A stretch of DNA of 54,780 nucleotides from Nemertoderma westbladi (taxonomy: Eukaryota; Animalia; Xenacoelomorpha), in NCBI GenBank assembly GCA_032718475.1, contig JAUCBJ010005212.1, positions 1-54,780 of the forward strand. The letters run 5' to 3'. The translations under genes were made by a program, and so were the position numbers. The notes under the pieces were generated by a model, which saw only the letters and a program-made list of their open reading frames with translations, was not told the origin of the DNA and searched no databases. Positions 51,018 to 54,780 of the stretch are shown one piece after another; positions within the stretch are counted from its first letter, which is position 1, and each line of letters begins with the position of its first letter.

Positions 51018-52244
51018 TGTACGCGCTTTTGAAGACCTTTAGCAGTTTAACCTGCCAAAATTTATATGTCTTTTGGTTTATAAATAGACTTTAGAAAATG
51101 ACAAGTATTTAATACCAATAAACACAACATTAGCCGTAGCCAGCCTAGTGCGCGTCCATTCACCCGCTGGATATACCCGGGAGACTGGATTCGGAGGGCT
51201 TAGATTGTTATTGCAGTGTAAGCTTACTGTATTATTCGATTGATCGTTAATAAATAATTTCTGACCAATATTATTCACTTTCGGGAAATATTAACAGTTC
51301 CTTTAGGACGTGGCGCTCTATCTAGGTAAACAGAGATATGACTTATACTAAACACAACGGTAAGTCGGTAAGGCTTATGATTCACGTATGAGGCGCATTC
51401 TTTAGGAAATGCTTAGTTATCAGTCACAATCATGCACACTACCGTTAACACACAATGCTGCACACTAATCTGCCGACCGTCAATGAATTTTATCATATAT
51501 AAAGAGAACAGCAATTGACTCATGTAGTGCCTATCAAATAGCATTAAACTCACTACAAACCACGATAATATAAGTCGCAATCGCTATATGTAACCTGTCA
51601 CTCTAACCTGTAGTGTATCAAGAAAATTGGGAAATTTGGGTTCTTTATAGATGTTCTCCAAATAATATTCAACCAACTGATACAAATAATAACAATAGTA
51701 AAAAGCATTAAGACGGTAGGTTAAGATATGATATGGCAATGTATGTGCCGATTGAGTTGGGTTGATAACAGTTATACGCTCTATAATCTAAGCCTACTAA
51801 TGTTTCTTCTAAAGTCTGAAACGAATTGACTCTAGAGCCGGTGTTCCTGGCCTAGATAGAAACAACAAAACTATAACAAGAACTCTCTGACTCTAACACC
51901 GTTGCAGGTATCTTTTTACACAGAGAGGGATAGCTCTCATTGGCAGAACACCAGATTCCACAGGTTCCACGAATATCTAAATGCCGAACTATCAGGATTT
52001 TTGCAGCCCTTGGCCAACACACAAAATGAGTCACTCCGCTCGGTTGCCCTGGTTGCATACTCTGCTGCTATAGCTCTGGTTGGCCAATAGAACATAGCAA
52101 AGAGCCCCTCGTATAACAAATCAGCCAATCAGCCGGTCGCTTTGCATCATTCGAGTTAGAGAGCTTTTTAGAGTATTCCAGCGCCTGGGGGGGAACTGGA
52201 TTGCAAAGCAAAAGGGCCAGTTACATCCCACAAAAGCTTTTACA
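51018..52244 (-). repeat. 5' LTR of element 2
   Basis: Sense strand TGTAAAAGCTTTTGTGGG...AAAAGCGCGTACA; followed by the TSD. Confidence 0.97.
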
Positions 52245-52262
52245 CAAGGCTTGCTCCAATCG

Positions 52263-53430
52263 AAAAACTTAACATTACAAAAAGATTCAGCGACCCCCAT
52301 TAGTCATGATTCCCGTTAAAAGATTTAAAAAAAGTGAATTCTTCCTGATCAAAACACAAGATCATGATCGTACAAAGATTGGACTTCGTAAAATCGTAAC
52401 TAAGCATATTGGATATGAACAATTACTGTAGGAAACGTTCAGAACGATTTAAAAAGTCGATTAAAGAGTCGATTAAAAAAAAAATTGGCTCGATCGGACA
52501 ACCGGTTCTCGAGATCAGCTTCCTGATCATAAAAGATCGTGTTTTTCGGTTTTTCCCGATTTACTTTGTTCGAGACCCCCGATTTTTTTTTACGAATTGA
52601 CTTCTATGATGAAGGGGCAACTTTTGAGCATTTCGAAATTTCCAAAAAGCGATTTGATCAGGCCGCGATCAGAAAAGATCGTGTTTTCGGTATTATTTTG
52701 AAGACCAAGTCCTGGGTGTTCACCGTATGGAAAAACTTAACATCACAAAAAGATTCCTCACCCTCGAATTATGGGGGGTAGCCAAAATTTGGGCATAAAA
52801 AAAGTTTAAGTCTAGTTGGTCAAAACTCAAGATCATGATCGCGAAAAGATCAGTATATTTAAAATCGAATCTAAGCATTTTTCTAATAAACATTCATTGT
52901 AAGAAATGTTCAATGGTCTATTCTGAGTTGATCAAAAAAAAATTGGCTCGATCGGTCAACCGGTTTTCGAGATCAGCTTCCTGATCATAAAAGATCGTGT
53001 TTTCGGTTTTTCCCGATTTTCTCGAAAACTTTGTTTGAGACCCCCGATTTTTTTTTTACTAATCGACTTCTATTAAGAAGGGGCAACTTTTAAGCATTTC
53101 GAAATTTTCAAAAAGCGATTTGATCAGGCCATGATCAGGAAAGATCATGTTTTCGGTTTTATTTCGAAGACCAAGTCCTGTGAGTTCACCGTATGAAAAA
53201 ACTTAACATTACAAAAAGATTCCTCACCCTCAAATTAGGGTGGGTAGCCAAAATTTGACCATAAAAAAGTTCAATTCTAGGGGGTCAAAAGATCATGATC
53301 GCGAAATGATCAGTTTTTTCGAAATTACTTCTAAGCATTTTGGGGCAAAACTTTCAAACTAAAAAACATTCACTGGAGTGTTCTAAGTAGATTTAAAAAA
53401 ATTTCGACTCAATAGGCCTACTGGTACCGG
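52263..53430. repeat. ~467-bp tandem repeat (~2.5 copies), GATC-rich, part of the element that element 2 inserted into
   Basis: AAAAACTTAACAT.ACAAAAAGATTC at 52263, 52731 and 53197. GATCATGATC motifs also occur at 40029-40075, on the other side of the TSD. Confidence 0.85.
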
Positions 53431-54374
53431 AGATATGGTCGTCCAAAGTCTGCTTCCGGTAATTCGAAAATATTTCGAAAACCCTTGATCGAATTTTTTT
53501 CTTGAAAAAATGTGAATGTACAGTTAGTGGACCCGCATCTAACGATATATCATAATCCATATTTTAGATGACAGATACCGGTGAAATCAGACTTTACCGA
53601 AAAAAAATTCAAATTTTTGCTACTCATGTCTGACTATCTCGAAAACTATAACAGATATGGAAATACTTTCACTGCAAGAAATGTTCGCCTATCCAATGCG
53701 CTTCTAACTCTGTGCTCGGATTTTGCATAGTGTCAAAACCTAGTACTTAACCCCACCAGCGGAGGGAACGGAGTGACCGGAGCGCTAGTACTATCTTTCA
53801 TTATTATGTAGTAATAAGGGTGGTGGGTGGGGTAGGTGGTGAACACTATTTATAGGGTGGAGGGAGGGTCTAGTATATTACTTTAGGATATTTGATTTCT
53901 TTGCAATATAGTTTAGCTGCCTCGGTCTTATTTGTAATATGTTATACATTATACCAAATTATGTCAAGTTTTAACATACTACATTGTCTACCTGTAGGAG
54001 AAATATACAATGTAGGGCTCATAATATATTTATAAATAGATTTAGTATATTTACATTGTATAACAGAGTGAATTGTATTATACTAAAGACGCCGCTTTGA
54101 TACATCTGATCAAATGGCAATTTCTGGTATATTATCTATTTCACTATCTTGGGTATATCATTCAATTTTTAAAACTAAAATAATAAACATTTACTTCACT
54201 TCTTGTTTACTAGCATGGATATATTAATATAAAATACGTCAGTATAATATCTTATGGGGCTAAACCCAGCGTAATCAGAGTAATGTTTAATTATTATTAC
54301 AATTGGCACATTGAAGTAAGTAGTACATGAGTTTGATAAAATAATTATGAATCCGTATCTTATTCTACTCTACT

Positions 54375-54468
54375 TCCTCTCACTCTCTCTCTTTCTCTCT
54401 CTCTTTCTCACTATTATTCTACTTACTACCACTACTAACTACTATTACTACTACTACTACTGACTACT
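54375..54468. repeat. (CT)n and (ACT)n microsatellites
   Basis: Directly visible. Confidence 0.8.
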
Positions 54469-54780
54469 GCAGAGTTAGGTGTATATTATAAGAGGACGGG
54501 GTTCGTGATTATTAGTTATTATACAAGTGCCCCTCGGCTATAGAGAGTCCACCCTCGGTTGCTTACTGGATCCTACAGTAAGGTACATCGTTACTAGGAT
54601 CCGGTAAGCGGTATACTACTGGGGCCGTATGCTTAGATGTAGTATGTACTAGGGTAGTATATACTAGGGTAGTGCTATCTAGACATAGTACTAACTTCGC
54701 GAGTAAGAACTAATGGTATGCTCAGTCACTTCCCAACATAGTGCTATCTAAAGTACAAACTACCCCGACAAATATACTTT

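Larger units (their letters stand above)
40090..52244 (-). mobile_element. Full-length non-autonomous BEL/Pao-type LTR retrotransposon (element 2), 12155 bp, TSD CAAGG
   Basis: CAAGG|TGTACGCG...GCTTTTACA|CAAGG. Two 1227-bp LTRs differ at about 10 positions (counted by eye). Confidence 0.97.

Noticed and set aside
23887-52244. Single giant foldback or palindromic element
   Set aside because: The two arms have separate TSDs (TCCTT, CAAGG) and different LTR variants, so they are independent insertions.

Overview
Repeat-rich eukaryotic (probably invertebrate animal) genomic DNA. One host gene is recognisable: the last four coding exons of a GPR107/GPR108 (LUSTR) seven-transmembrane protein (~1.3-5.0 kb, +). 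It carries two clear frameshifts, and its final donor splice site has been tandemly amplified 18 times. The rest is a nest of transposable elements: a ~6 kb 40/38-bp hairpin-bearing satellite containing an RTE LINE tail, a CCCAG-type TIR element, and an RTE-like LINE broken by two LTR insertions, each with a 5-bp TSD. There are also two solo LTRs and three BEL/Pao-type LTR elements (13.8-20.9 kb -, 23.9-37.3 kb +, 40.1-52.2 kb -). The BEL/Pao elements are the most unusual feature. They keep Gag plus protease but have lost RT, RNase H and the integrase core. One family carries an unrecognised 3' accessory gene with twin CCHC knuckles. Both families lack a TGG tRNA primer-binding site; instead, the bases directly after the 5' LTR are the reverse complement of a site inside their own LTR, the geometry of Tf1-style self-priming. 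All calls were made by eye, with no database searches.
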